Assembly (NCBI GenBank): GCA_963718565.1
Contig: OY970364.1
Location: 2,112,001-2,176,000 of the forward strand
Length of the DNA stretch: 64,000 nt
Direction: 5' to 3'
Source: an uncultured Verrucomicrobiae bacterium
Lineage (GTDB): Bacteria; Chlamydiota; Chlamydiia; Chlamydiales; Rhabdochlamydiaceae
Positions 21,244 through 31,097 of the stretch are shown here, piece by piece (the first letter of the stretch is position 1; every line of letters starts with the position of its first letter). The position numbers and the translations under genes were made by a program. Under the pieces are notes generated by a model, which saw only the letters and a list, made by a program, of their open reading frames with translations, was not told where the DNA came from and searched no databases.

Positions 21244-22305
21244 ATGGCTCCGTCTTTTATATCTTCTCGTCTAAGTTCTCCAAACTATATACCTAGCATG
21301 CTGCTAGGCCAACAAACCGTCTCTGAGATCCAAACTTCCAAAGATGAAATTGACGACGATGCGATTTGGGAGATGACACGCAGTGTATTTGAAGGTTTGG
21401 AATGTCCATTTCCGGAAGGAAATAATCCCCATCTCGATAGTGCCGAACAGACCAATCAACTGTGGGCTCAGGAAATGGGAATTCCTTCCTGTAAAAAATT
21501 TTTGCCGGCACTACTAATGGCGGGCGCTTACCGTTATTGTTCTGCTGACATGCTTGCCATTTTTACTCATCTTTTGACTCTGATCTTTATTTATGATGAT
21601 ACAGTGGAAAAAATCCTCCATAAAGATCCCTCACTACTTCAGGAGTTTAACCGGCGGTTCATACAAGCTTTGGAAAGTGGAGGGGTAGGACAAGGTGAGA
21701 ATGACCCTTTAATCAAAGCAGCTGCTCATGTGCACAAAAAATTGAGGAGTATTGCTTCGCAGGAATGGTGGGATCGTTTTATGCGTGATGTGAAAGAATA
21801 TTGCGAGGCTAACTATTGGGAGTCTACTAAGATGGGCATTCCGGAAATGGAAACTTATCTCGAGAAACGCCCCTTAGGAGGAGCCGTTTACATCTTTTTT
21901 GATCTCTGTGAGTTGGCAGAAGGAGTTCAGATCAAAGATGAGGTGTTTAATAGCAAATATTTTCAAGATGTTAGGCTCGCATGTAATAATCTTATCTGGC
22001 TGTCCAATGACATTATCTCTTTTCCAAAAGAAACTAAGAATACTGGTAACAATATTATTCATATTTTCCAGAAAAACACACAATGCAACTTGCTAGAAGC
22101 AATTGAAAAAACTAAATCTTATTACAATAGGGAATTAGTGAAACTGCAGTCTTTGCGTGAGAATAGGCCATCCGAGTATGGAGATCATGAAGAAAAATAC
22201 ATCCATGGGCTTCTTTCTTGGGTGCGGTCTAATGGAGAATGGTCGCTTAAAACTCCAAGATATCAAAAACCCCAATCACCCCATGTAACGTGGCAAAAAG
22301 TTTAA
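21244..22305 (+). CDS. Class I terpene synthase/cyclase
   Basis: YDDTVE (DDxxD/E), YLEKR effector Arg, NDIISFPKE (NSE), WSLKTPRY (WxxxxxRY). Confidence 0.9.
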   Translation: MAPSFISSRLSSPNYIPSMLLGQQTVSEIQTSKDEIDDDAIWEMTRSVFEGLECPFPEGNNPHLDSAEQTNQLWAQEMGIPSCKKFLPALLMAGAYRYCSADMLAIFTHLLTLIFIYDDTVEKILHKDPSLLQEFNRRFIQALESGGVGQGENDPLIKAAAHVHKKLRSIASQEWWDRFMRDVKEYCEANYWESTKMGIPEMETYLEKRPLGGAVYIFFDLCELAEGVQIKDEVFNSKYFQDVRLACNNLIWLSNDIISFPKETKNTGNNIIHIFQKNTQCNLLEAIEKTKSYYNRELVKLQSLRENRPSEYGDHEEKYIHGLLSWVRSNGEWSLKTPRYQKPQSPHVTWQKV

Positions 22306-22415
22306 AATTGCACACAAAAGAGCTGTGTTGAAGTCTGCCTGCAACATCGTGGGCAGACTTCTGGTTTCTTAGCACTTGTGAAAAAATATCTTTTTGCAAA
22401 TGGTAGCAGATTAGA

Positions 22416-22470
22416 GAGGGAATTGCAAAACTCCTCACCGCATAAAATCGAGGGGTTTTGCAATTCCCTC
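22416..22470. mobile_element. Family A internally deleted copy (55 bp)
   Basis: Both TIRs present; TSD TAGA/TAGA. Confidence 0.9.
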
Positions 22471-22495
22471 TAGAGAACACATCTAATACACTCTT

Positions 22496-24169
22496 ATGCG
22501 CAGAATTGGCCCAGATTTGTTTTTAATTCTTCTCGCGATCTGTATGGTGATTGGCTTTGCTAGCTATTTGAAACAGTTCTTCGGTCCTTACAGAGAGCAT
22601 GTCGATATCCATCTTTCACTGTGGAGTTTGCCTCAGTACACTTTTTTCTCGATGGCGCGAGGCCTTTCCGCTTATAGTTTTTCTTTGATTTTCAGTTTAT
22701 TGGTGGGTTTCTGGGCAGCCAAAGATAAGTTCGCTGAAAAACTGCTCGTTCCTCTTTTAGATGTTCTGCAAAGCATTCCTTTTTTAGGTTTTCTGCCTGG
22801 TATTGTGCTCTTGCTTATCGGCATTTTCAAACAAACGAATATCGGTCTTGAACTTGCGGCAATTATCCTCATATTTACAGCACAAGTTTGGAACATGGCC
22901 TTTAGTGTCTATCATTCTATCCGCACAGTCCCGATAGAAAAAAATGAATGCGCCACAGCGTACCGTTTCAGCAATTTGGAACGTTTTCGTTGGGTGGAGC
23001 TTCCCTTTGCTGTCTTAAGCTTGATCTGGAATAGCATCATGAGCATGGCGGGAGGATGGTTCCTTTTGATGGTCAACGAAGCCTTTAAGTTAGGAGACAG
23101 AGACTTTCGATTGCCCGGGCTCGGATCTTACATGAGTGTTGCAGCTTCTGAAGGCAATGTATTGGCCATGGTCCAAGCCATTATAGCGATGATGATTTTG
23201 ATCGTATTCTTAGATCAGTTGCTTTGGAGGCCGCTTGTCGTGTGGTCACAGACAATCCGCGTAGAAGAAACAGGTTCTGCCGTCTTGGCGGAATCTTGGT
23301 TTTTGAATCTTATCAAAAGCTCCTATCTTTTTGCTTTTTTAAAAACAGCTGTTCGTCGCCTCGTTGAGATCTTACAGAACCAAAAGGCTAAACGCTCAAA
23401 AAAACTTCATCTCAAGCGGATCGGCTCAATCATCGGGCCCATTGCACTCTTTACCTTATTTGCGAGTGTGATCACTGCGATTTTTTTTGTCAGCAAGCTG
23501 TTAAAGGGGATTTCAGTCGAGGAGTGGCTTTTTTTGGGCAAAATGCTGCTACTGACATTTGCTCGGGTCTTTATTTGCGTCACGGTAAGTGTGATCATTA
23601 TGTTGCCGCTGGGTCTTGCGATCGGATTGTCAGAAAAATGGAGCCGCACATTCCAGCCGATTCTTCAAATCGTCGCATCGTTTCCGGCAACTTTACTTTT
23701 TCCTGCGCTGATTTTTCTTTTTAAACTTGTGGGAATTCCCTTAGGAATTGGCAGCATCGTCCTGATGTCGCTCGGGACGCAATGGTACGTTCTTTTCAAT
23801 GTCATGGCAGGGGTGAAGGCCATGCCGTCCGATTTAAAAGAGGCTGCTCGAAGTTTTCGTTTCAATCGTATCCAGCGCTTTCTATGGGTGCACTGTCCTG
23901 CAGTTTTCCCCTATTTAATCACGGGGGTTTTAACGGCATCAGGAGGAGCTTGGAACGCAAGCATTGTTTCTGAGTATATCACTTATAAAGACCAAGTGTG
24001 GACTGTTCCAGGAATTGGTGCAACCATTAGCCTAGCTGCTCAAAATAATGACTACCCTTTGTTGGCAGCAAGTATTTCAGTCATGGTTATTATCGTGGTT
24101 TTAATCAATTTCCAGGTCTGGATGAGACTCTATCATTATTCTGAAAAAAGGTTTGCGCTCAATGTCTAA
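22496..24169 (+). CDS. ABC transporter permease (duplicated NitT/TauT-type)
   Basis: Two BPD-permease repeats (LDVLQSIP; ILQIVASFPA). Confidence 0.88.
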   Translation: MRRIGPDLFLILLAICMVIGFASYLKQFFGPYREHVDIHLSLWSLPQYTFFSMARGLSAYSFSLIFSLLVGFWAAKDKFAEKLLVPLLDVLQSIPFLGFLPGIVLLLIGIFKQTNIGLELAAIILIFTAQVWNMAFSVYHSIRTVPIEKNECATAYRFSNLERFRWVELPFAVLSLIWNSIMSMAGGWFLLMVNEAFKLGDRDFRLPGLGSYMSVAASEGNVLAMVQAIIAMMILIVFLDQLLWRPLVVWSQTIRVEETGSAVLAESWFLNLIKSSYLFAFLKTAVRRLVEILQNQKAKRSKKLHLKRIGSIIGPIALFTLFASVITAIFFVSKLLKGISVEEWLFLGKMLLLTFARVFICVTVSVIIMLPLGLAIGLSEKWSRTFQPILQIVASFPATLLFPALIFLFKLVGIPLGIGSIVLMSLGTQWYVLFNVMAGVKAMPSDLKEAARSFRFNRIQRFLWVHCPAVFPYLITGVLTASGGAWNASIVSEYITYKDQVWTVPGIGATISLAAQNNDYPLLAASISVMVIIVVLINFQVWMRLYHYSEKRFALNV

Positions 24170-25439
24170 AGGACCGGCTCTTTTCGAGGCCAGAAGTATT
24201 GATAAATATTATCCTTTGCCTGATGGCCAAACACTGCATGTGCTGGATCACATTGATTTTGTCATCTATCCCAACGAAATTGTCGCGATCATCGGCCCTT
24301 CAGGATGCGGGAAATCGACATTCTTAAGGATTTTAGCGGGTCTCATTCCTCCAACAAAAGGTCAAATTTTTCACCATGGCCGGGAATTAAAAGGATTAGT
24401 TCCTGACATGTCCATGGTTTTTCAAAGCTTTGCTCTTTATCCTTGGATGAGTGTGAAGCAAAATATCGAAGTTGTTCTAAAAGCTGCTCATATTTCTGTA
24501 CAAGAGATGGAAAAAAAGACGAAAGAGGCTATCGCTTTAATCGGGCTTGAAGGATTTGAAAATGCTTACCCCCGAGAGCTTTCTGGGGGAATGAAGCAAC
24601 GTGTGGGTATTGCGCGCGCTTTGGTGCTTAACCCTGAAATGCTTTTCATGGACGAACCGTTCAGTGAAGTCGACGCTTTTACCGCAGAGGTGCTCCGAGA
24701 AGAAGTTTTGAGAATCTGGGCAGAGAAAGAGCTTCGCTTAAGCTCCATTCTCTTTGTCTCTCATGATATTCATGAAGTGGCCTTTATGGCGGACCGCATT
24801 ATTGTTTTAGGAATGAATCCTGCAAAAGTGCGTGCGATCATAGAAAATAAAATCCCAAGACCGAGAGATTATCGTTCTGAAGAGTTTTTAAAATTAGTCG
24901 AACAGTTGCACGATACTTACGGTCACATCAAGCCCCCCTTACAAAAAGCTCCGAAAAAAGAAAAGATAGGGCCTCTTTTGCCTGTGACCAATGATGAGAT
25001 TCTTGGACTGTTAGAGTATTTGAAAATGCATGGGGGGTCGCAGAATATTTTTACGATCGGAGCTCATAGAAATCAACATTTTGACAAAGTCACAATCGTC
25101 TTGCAGGCTGCCGAATTATTGGATTTTATAGAGATCGTTCATCGGACAGTGACCCTCTCTAAAAAGGGGAATGAATTCTTGAAGGGAGGGATGGAAACGC
25201 GTCAACGTCTTTGGAGGGAACAGCTATTGTCCATTCCTCTTTTTATCAAGACTTGCGAACTGTTGAAAAACGCCCCGAACAAATCGCTGGGCCGTGAGCA
25301 GCTTATGTCCTTTTTAACTCGAGAGCTTCCCTTTCAGAATGTGGTGAGCCAATTACACACTTTAGTTCGTTGGGGCTATTATGGGGGATTATTTACTTAC
25401 CATAAGAAAGCAAAACAACTGACTCTGTTCTCTATTTGA
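24162..25439 (+). CDS. ABC transporter ATP-binding protein (NitT/TauT-type) with C-terminal extension
   Basis: GPSGCGKS, LSGGMKQR, MDEPF. Confidence 0.9.
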   Translation: MSKGPALFEARSIDKYYPLPDGQTLHVLDHIDFVIYPNEIVAIIGPSGCGKSTFLRILAGLIPPTKGQIFHHGRELKGLVPDMSMVFQSFALYPWMSVKQNIEVVLKAAHISVQEMEKKTKEAIALIGLEGFENAYPRELSGGMKQRVGIARALVLNPEMLFMDEPFSEVDAFTAEVLREEVLRIWAEKELRLSSILFVSHDIHEVAFMADRIIVLGMNPAKVRAIIENKIPRPRDYRSEEFLKLVEQLHDTYGHIKPPLQKAPKKEKIGPLLPVTNDEILGLLEYLKMHGGSQNIFTIGAHRNQHFDKVTIVLQAAELLDFIEIVHRTVTLSKKGNEFLKGGMETRQRLWREQLLSIPLFIKTCELLKNAPNKSLGREQLMSFLTRELPFQNVVSQLHTLVRWGYYGGLFTYHKKAKQLTLFSI

Positions 25440-26445
25440 AGCGGATTCCATGGAGTTGAGAGAGCTTCTTCGTCGCTTCCAATAAAGGCTCTAACCCTTC
25501 TTCTTGCATTGCAGAAATAGGGAAAAGTGTTTCTTTTGAGAAAGGGTAATTCTGATAAAAGTTCTGCAAATGTTCTTTCGCGCCTTCCTGGTCGATTTTG
25601 TTTAAAGCAACGATGAACGGCTTTTCAAGCATTTCTGGCTGATAGGCTTTCAACTCATTGCGCAGCACTTTGAAATCTTCGACCGGGTCCCTCCCTTCGA
25701 AACCTGAAATATCAATAACGAAAAGGAGAGCAGAGGAGCGTTCGATGTGCCGCAAAAAAGCCAACCCCAACCCCTTGTTTTGGTGGGCATTTTCAATGAC
25801 GCCGGGGATATCAGCGACAAGGACGCGTGAAAAATCGGGAAACTGAACATAGCTTAAGTTGGGATAGAGCGTTGTAAAGGGATAGGCGCCAATTTTAACA
25901 GGGACATGGGTGATTTTTGACATCAAAGTCGACTTACCCGCATTGGGCATGCCGATCAAGCCGACATCCGCGATCAATTTGAGTTCGAGCTCCACTTCGC
26001 GGACTTGGCCTTCTGTGCCAGGAGTACAGGTATTTGGGGCTTGGTTTGTTGGCGATTTAAAGCAGTGGTTGCCCTTGCCACCTTTACCGCCTTGACAGAT
26101 GAGAAACCGCTGGCTCTCTTCTGTGAAGTCAAAAAGCGTTTCACCAGTCACCGCATCTTTGACGAGCGTCCCATGAGGGACGGTAAGAATGAGGTCTTCT
26201 CCATGGCGGCCTTTTTGCAAATTGCCTCCGCCCGGCAGGCCATTTTCAGCATGGATCAAACGGCGATTCCGAAAATTCTCCAAGGAGAGGACGTGACCAT
26301 TGGCCATGAAGATAATCGAGCCTCCTTTGCCGCCGTTACCTCCGACCGGGCCTCCTTTGGGAATATATTTTTCTCGTCTCCATGCGACGACGCCGTTGCC
26401 GCCTTTACCCGCGCGAAGAGTGATTTTAACTGCGTCCACAAACAT
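25432..26445 (-). CDS. obgE: GTPase ObgE/CgtA
   Basis: Gly-rich N-domain, GMPNAGKST, YPFTTL, DIPG, NKID. Confidence 0.96.
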   Translation of the reverse strand: MFVDAVKITLRAGKGGNGVVAWRREKYIPKGGPVGGNGGKGGSIIFMANGHVLSLENFRNRRLIHAENGLPGGGNLQKGRHGEDLILTVPHGTLVKDAVTGETLFDFTEESQRFLICQGGKGGKGNHCFKSPTNQAPNTCTPGTEGQVREVELELKLIADVGLIGMPNAGKSTLMSKITHVPVKIGAYPFTTLYPNLSYVQFPDFSRVLVADIPGVIENAHQNKGLGLAFLRHIERSSALLFVIDISGFEGRDPVEDFKVLRNELKAYQPEMLEKPFIVALNKIDQEGAKEHLQNFYQNYPFSKETLFPISAMQEEGLEPLLEATKKLSQLHGIRFK

Positions 26446-26539
26446 TTTTTCGTATTAACCTGAATAAAAATGCCACTGAATTGTTAACCAGCTGTTGCAG
26501 AGGGTTTCATGTTCAGAGGTGATGATTCGTTAGTCTTAC

Positions 26540-26560
26540 GAGGAGTTTTGCAATTCCCTC
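26540..26560. mobile_element. Family A collapsed copy (21 bp) at the rpmA stop codon
   Basis: GAGGAGTTTTGCAATTCCCTC with TSD TTAC/TTAC. Confidence 0.85.
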
Positions 26561-26812
26561 TTACATCCGTGGAAGCACAGCGACGTAAGTGCGATTAGAC
26601 TTGCGATACGTGACAACGCCGTCTATCAGGGCATAGAGGCTGTCATCACGTCCGACGCCGACATTTTTACTCGGACGCCATTTTGTGCCACGCTGTCTGA
26701 CGAGAATGCTTCCCGCAGTAACAAACTGCCCACCTGTCGCTTTGATCCCTAAACGCTGCGCTTTAGAATCGCGTCCGTTACGGGTTGAGCCTTGGCCTTT
26801 CTTGTGTGCCAT
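26561..26812 (-). CDS. rpmA: 50S ribosomal protein L27
   Basis: [16 protein letters not shown]. Confidence 0.98.
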   Translation of the reverse strand: MAHKKGQGSTRNGRDSKAQRLGIKATGGQFVTAGSILVRQRGTKWRPSKNVGVGRDDSLYALIDGVVTYRKSNRTYVAVLPRM

Positions 26813-26826
26813 AATGCAAAACTCCT

Positions 26827-27138
26827 TTAATCGATAATCTCTGTAATTTTTATGCGCGCATAACGTTGACGATGTCCAACTTTGCGGCGGAATGGTTTAC
26901 GTTGTTTGTATTTGAAAGCAATTTCTTTTGGACCTTTCACCTCTTGCATCAATTCTCCTTGAACAGAAGATTTAGCAACATGGGGATTGCCAATCTTGAC
27001 ATTCCCTGCGTTATTGATGAAGAGCACATGCTTAAATTCTACTTTTTCGCCGGCTTTCACATCGAGCAATTCGACATCGATAACGTCGCCTTTTTCAACT
27101 CGGTATTGCTTTCCGCCAGTTTCGATAATCGCGTACAT
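26827..27138 (-). CDS. rplU: 50S ribosomal protein L21
   Basis: [14 protein letters not shown]...GHRQ. Confidence 0.98.
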   Translation of the reverse strand: MYAIIETGGKQYRVEKGDVIDVELLDVKAGEKVEFKHVLFINNAGNVKIGNPHVAKSSVQGELMQEVKGPKEIAFKYKQRKPFRRKVGHRQRYARIKITEIID

Positions 27139-27420
27139 TTGACCTCCTGAAATTGTCACAAGTTTAAGGAAAGCACACAGGCATGCCCTTCCTGGAGAGG
27201 AAAAAAGAAAGCATGATAAATGATGCTCTGCTCAAAGTCAAATCCAAATCCCAAAACCTTCATATCTAATTGCATACGCCATTTGATTCCCTAGATATAA
27301 ACCTCAGTAAAAAACGAACATCAGTTTTTCTGTTTTTCGATAATTTTATTACTTCAAGCCATTTAAAATTAGAATATTGTATTTTTAATTAAACAAAGCA
27401 ATTTGATTAATAATTAAAAT

Positions 27421-27702
27421 ATGGTTAATATAACAATTAAGTCGGTACTGCAAGACAGTGGAGAGGATTTCCATTCAAAACTTCCTTATTTAGAGAAGTT
27501 TGAAGCGAAGCCGTCAATGCGAGTGTTCGAGGGAAGGATGAAACCGTTCAATAAAAGGCTGAACAAGCGCAAGGCATCTAAGGTGACGTATAAGACTCAT
27601 CGTAAACACAACCATCCTCCTCTCCACGATGAAGTTAAAGAGATCACAGATGGGGTCACAGCGGTAAGGCCCGAAGACATCAAGATTCATCAGCATTATT
27701 AA
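27421..27702 (+). CDS. Hypothetical basic protein
   Basis: 93-aa ORF after an AT-rich promoter-like region; no motif. Confidence 0.45.
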   Translation: MVNITIKSVLQDSGEDFHSKLPYLEKFEAKPSMRVFEGRMKPFNKRLNKRKASKVTYKTHRKHNHPPLHDEVKEITDGVTAVRPEDIKIHQHY

Positions 27703-27865
27703 TCTCAGGAGGAAAGGGATATGCGCAACAAGGCAAAAAGGAAAACATCCAGAAGCAAAAAAGCTGTCAAAATGACTGAAGAGAAGAGCGGTGCCTGGAA
27801 AAGCTTTTGGAACCGCTATTGCAATCTGTAATGGCAAGAAAGCCAACAGGAAAAGGCGCAAAAAG

Positions 27866-28717
27866 CTAGGTTTTAGCACAGCTTCTTAAGCGCTGTTTTT
27901 TGTGAAGCAGGCTTAAAGTATAAAACGCGGCGGCTACAAGTGAAATCGTTGCCCCTGGTGGCCAATTAAGCTCATAGGAAAAGTATATCCCCAATACTGT
28001 AAAGAGAGCGCCAAATAAGATCGCGAAGATCATCATGCGCGCTAGCGTCTGTGTGTAACTTCCTGCAATAGCAGCAGGGATTGCCAGCATCGTGATGACA
28101 AGGATCGCACCCACAACTTGGATCAGTAGGACGACAGCAATAGCCACAAGGCAAAGGAGGAGAAGATAAAGGGTGTGAACCGGTACTTGTTGCAAGCGAG
28201 CCTGATCTTCGTCGAAACAAATTGCTAAAAATCTGCGGTAGAAAAGTGTCACAGCTGCCGCAATCAACACATCTAGGGATAAAAGCAGGGCGAGATCGCT
28301 ATGGCTGACCCAGAGAATATTTCCAAAAAGAAAATTCAAGAGTTCGACATTATATCCCGGAGTCAGGGCAATAAAAATAACTCCAATGGACATTCCCGTT
28401 GCCCAGATTGCTGCGATCACCGTGTCTTCTCTTTCTTTGTATTTCAAATGGATCCAGCCCATCAATAGTGCTGAGAGCAGCCCCGCGGCCAATGCCCCTT
28501 GAAGGGGAGTCAAAAAATCAAGGCCATAGGTGCGGCGCAGCCAAAGAAAGAACCCCATCCCTCCCAAGACAGAATGGGCGATGCTCCCACTCATGGATAC
28601 TATCCTTTTGACGACAACGAACGAGCCGATGATCCCGCTAGCAAAAGAAGCGGCGAAACCCGCTGCCAAAGTCATCAGGAGAAAGGGATTTTCAAGGAGC
28701 GCATGAAAGAAATCCAT
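27866..28717 (-). CDS. Zn/Mn ABC transporter permease
   Basis: SIAHSVLGG, FLFGNIL, VGAILV. Confidence 0.9.
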   Translation of the reverse strand: MDFFHALLENPFLLMTLAAGFAASFASGIIGSFVVVKRIVSMSGSIAHSVLGGMGFFLWLRRTYGLDFLTPLQGALAAGLLSALLMGWIHLKYKEREDTVIAAIWATGMSIGVIFIALTPGYNVELLNFLFGNILWVSHSDLALLLSLDVLIAAAVTLFYRRFLAICFDEDQARLQQVPVHTLYLLLLCLVAIAVVLLIQVVGAILVITMLAIPAAIAGSYTQTLARMMIFAILFGALFTVLGIYFSYELNWPPGATISLVAAAFYTLSLLHKKQRLRSCAKT

Positions 28718-29448
28718 CAGGGGAAAAAATGGCGTTTAGAGGTTAAAGGAGTATGGTATAAGCCAAGGGCAAAATGCTCACAAACTTCTTGAGTTTTTAA
28801 GCTGGTGACACGCCGTTGGACGCAGAGAAGTTTTCCGACCTTGTCGACAATCGTTTGCAAGTCATGTGTCACCATCAGGATGGTCATCGTTTTATTTAAC
28901 TCAGAAAGTTGGGCATAGATATTTTGTTCGGCCTCTATATCGACATTGGCCGTCGGCTCATCGAGGAGCAGTACACTGGGCTCATCGACGATTGCCCGAG
29001 CAATCAGAGCTCGTTGTGCTTCGCCTCCAGATAGAGTGCCGAAAGATGCTTCTGCTTTATGTGCAAGCCCAACACGCTCTAACGCAACCTTGGCTTTTCG
29101 TTTTGCTTCTGCGGGATAGGTTCCCCACCAGGAGAGTTTTCTTAAAGAACCCATCATGATCACTTCGAGTACGGAAATCGGAAAATCACGATCAAAGCGC
29201 ATCGCCTGCGGGACATATCCGATCAGGTGGCGCATTTCCTCAGGGGGGCGTCTAAAGAGCAGGATTTCCCCTTTTTGTGGGCGCAAGAGGGCCATCATGA
29301 GTTTGAGCAGAGTGGTCTTTCCACCTCCATTCGGCCCGAAAATTCCCACAAACTCTCCTTGAAAAATTTCGATATTGACATCTTCGAGCGTCGGCACGCT
29401 GTCGTAATGAAAAAAGAGATGTTGAATTTCGAGGATTGCTTCCTTCAT
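28717..29448 (-). CDS. Zn/Mn ABC transporter ATP-binding protein
   Basis: GPNGGGKTT, LSGGEAQR, LDEPT. Confidence 0.92.
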   Translation of the reverse strand: MKEAILEIQHLFFHYDSVPTLEDVNIEIFQGEFVGIFGPNGGGKTTLLKLMMALLRPQKGEILLFRRPPEEMRHLIGYVPQAMRFDRDFPISVLEVIMMGSLRKLSWWGTYPAEAKRKAKVALERVGLAHKAEASFGTLSGGEAQRALIARAIVDEPSVLLLDEPTANVDIEAEQNIYAQLSELNKTMTILMVTHDLQTIVDKVGKLLCVQRRVTSLKTQEVCEHFALGLYHTPLTSKRHFFP

Positions 29449-30329
29449 TGTGCGATCACTGTTGCAATGGACAGTAAATTTTCCGAAAAGTTCTCAGCAT
29501 AAGGGTCGACCATATGTGTTGGCAGCCCCAAGGATTGCGCTAACAGTTCAGCTCCTTTATTGCTATATTGAGGCTCTGTAATCACAGCCTGGACAGAATA
29601 ACGCTTTGCATGAGTTAGAATTTCTGTCACATGTTGAGGCAATGGCTCTTTACCTTCAATCTCAATCGAAAGTTGGATCAGATGATAATCATGGCAAAAA
29701 TAGCCAAAAGCCGGATGCGAGACTAAAATGGCTCTTCCTTTCATCGGTTCGAGTAGATGAGTGATTTCTTTATCTAAGCTGTCGAGCTCATTTAAAAAAC
29801 TGTGTAAATTGGCCTCAAAGCTCATCTGTTTTTCGGGAAGGAGGCTAATGAGCGCCTCGGCAATCTTTTTTGCTTGATGTTTGGCAAGGCTAGGGCTCAG
29901 CCAAACGTGCAGGTCTTTTCCTTCATCATGGCTATGATGGCAATGCGTATGTTCTGTAGCGATTTCCTGTTCTTTGCAGAGCGAAAGTAAGTGCGTTCCT
30001 TCTGTCATGTCGACGATCCGGATCGGTTTTTTTCTGTCCTGAAAAAATTTCAACACTTTTTTATCGAAAGCTTCGCCGAGATAGATCCAAAGAGAGGCAT
30101 TTTGATGGCGTTGTACTTCTTTGGGCGTCGCTTCGTAAATATGTGGATTAGTCCCGGAAGGAACAAGGGTTTCGATTTCGACAGCATCCTGAGCGATTTT
30201 TTGAACGAAATAGACATAAGGCGGAACGCTGACAAGGACTATCGGTTTCCCGCTTTTTGGCCTTTCACTTTTTCCACACGAGACGATGGAAAGAGAAATG
30301 ATGATTGATAAGACCCATCGCATTGTCAT
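29445..30329 (-). CDS. Zn/Mn ABC transporter substrate-binding lipoprotein
   Basis: Lipobox IVSC, NPHIYE, His-rich loop, DLHVWLSP. Confidence 0.92.
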   Translation of the reverse strand: MTMRWVLSIIISLSIVSCGKSERPKSGKPIVLVSVPPYVYFVQKIAQDAVEIETLVPSGTNPHIYEATPKEVQRHQNASLWIYLGEAFDKKVLKFFQDRKKPIRIVDMTEGTHLLSLCKEQEIATEHTHCHHSHDEGKDLHVWLSPSLAKHQAKKIAEALISLLPEKQMSFEANLHSFLNELDSLDKEITHLLEPMKGRAILVSHPAFGYFCHDYHLIQLSIEIEGKEPLPQHVTEILTHAKRYSVQAVITEPQYSNKGAELLAQSLGLPTHMVDPYAENFSENLLSIATVIAQ

Positions 30330-30371
30330 TTATTTTTTCCAATTTTAAGATTGTCTCATAACGGATGATCC

Positions 30372-30545
30372 TATACCGAAATGAATTCAAGATTTGGGAA
30401 TTTGGCAAGGAGGCGCCCTGAATTTGAGCCAGTGTATGCGGCGCCGAAGCAGCACAACTTGAATAAGTTGTGCGATGCAGGCGGGCTCAAATACAGCGGC
30501 TGCCCAACGTAGCCAAAAACCAAATCTTGAGTTCATTTCGGTATA
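30372..30545. mobile_element. Family B MITE, second copy (inverted)
   Basis: TATACCGAAATGAATTCAAG...CTTGAGTTCATTTCGGTATA; near-identical reverse complement of 10686..10859. Confidence 0.9.
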
Positions 30546-30708
30546 GATTTGACTACATCTTTACTATATTTACAAGTGAATATTCTATGCTTTTTCCTGA
30601 GGAAAACCGTGAAATTAAAGCATAATTTTTAACTTGAGAGTTAAGGCGAGCTCAGCTATTCTCCAACTCCCTTTCTTTGAAAGGGCTTGCTCGAGCGTAC
30701 TTGTTTAT

Positions 30709-30795
30709 GGAGGAGTGTCCGAGTGGCCGATGGAGCACGCTTGGAAAGCGTGTAAACGTGAAAACGTTTCGTGAGTTCGAATCTCACCTCCTCCG
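30709..30795 (+). tRNA. tRNA-Ser(GGA)
   Basis: GGAGGAG...CTCCTCC-G acceptor stem, anticodon arm CACGC-TTGGAAA-GCGTG, long variable arm. Confidence 0.96.
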
Positions 30796-30991
30796 ATTGG
30801 TTGGATGCAATGAGCATCCAACCTTCACTTAATGCTTCTGTGATAGAAATACTAAATTCAAAAGTTGTCGTTTTTCATCCACTTCAGAACTCTCGAAGAT
30901 TTCTCGAGAGCGGAGCGACTTGACACTCTACAGAAACCAACTCGAATCCTCATGCCCACAACTTGTAAATTTTCGAGAGTTTTTTATATAA

Positions 30992-31097
30992 AATTACAAA
31001 GCTGACGCGAAAAGGATGGTTTTTCGGGTCTGAAACAGGTTTTAGCAAATAAGACCCCGAAAAAATGTCCTTTTCGCGTTAGTTTTGCAATTCCCTC
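30992..31097. mobile_element. Family A' variant; truncates an F-box gene
   Basis: Right end ...CGCGTTAGTTTTGCAATTCCCTC; interior shared with 38716..38842; left end degenerate. Confidence 0.85.
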
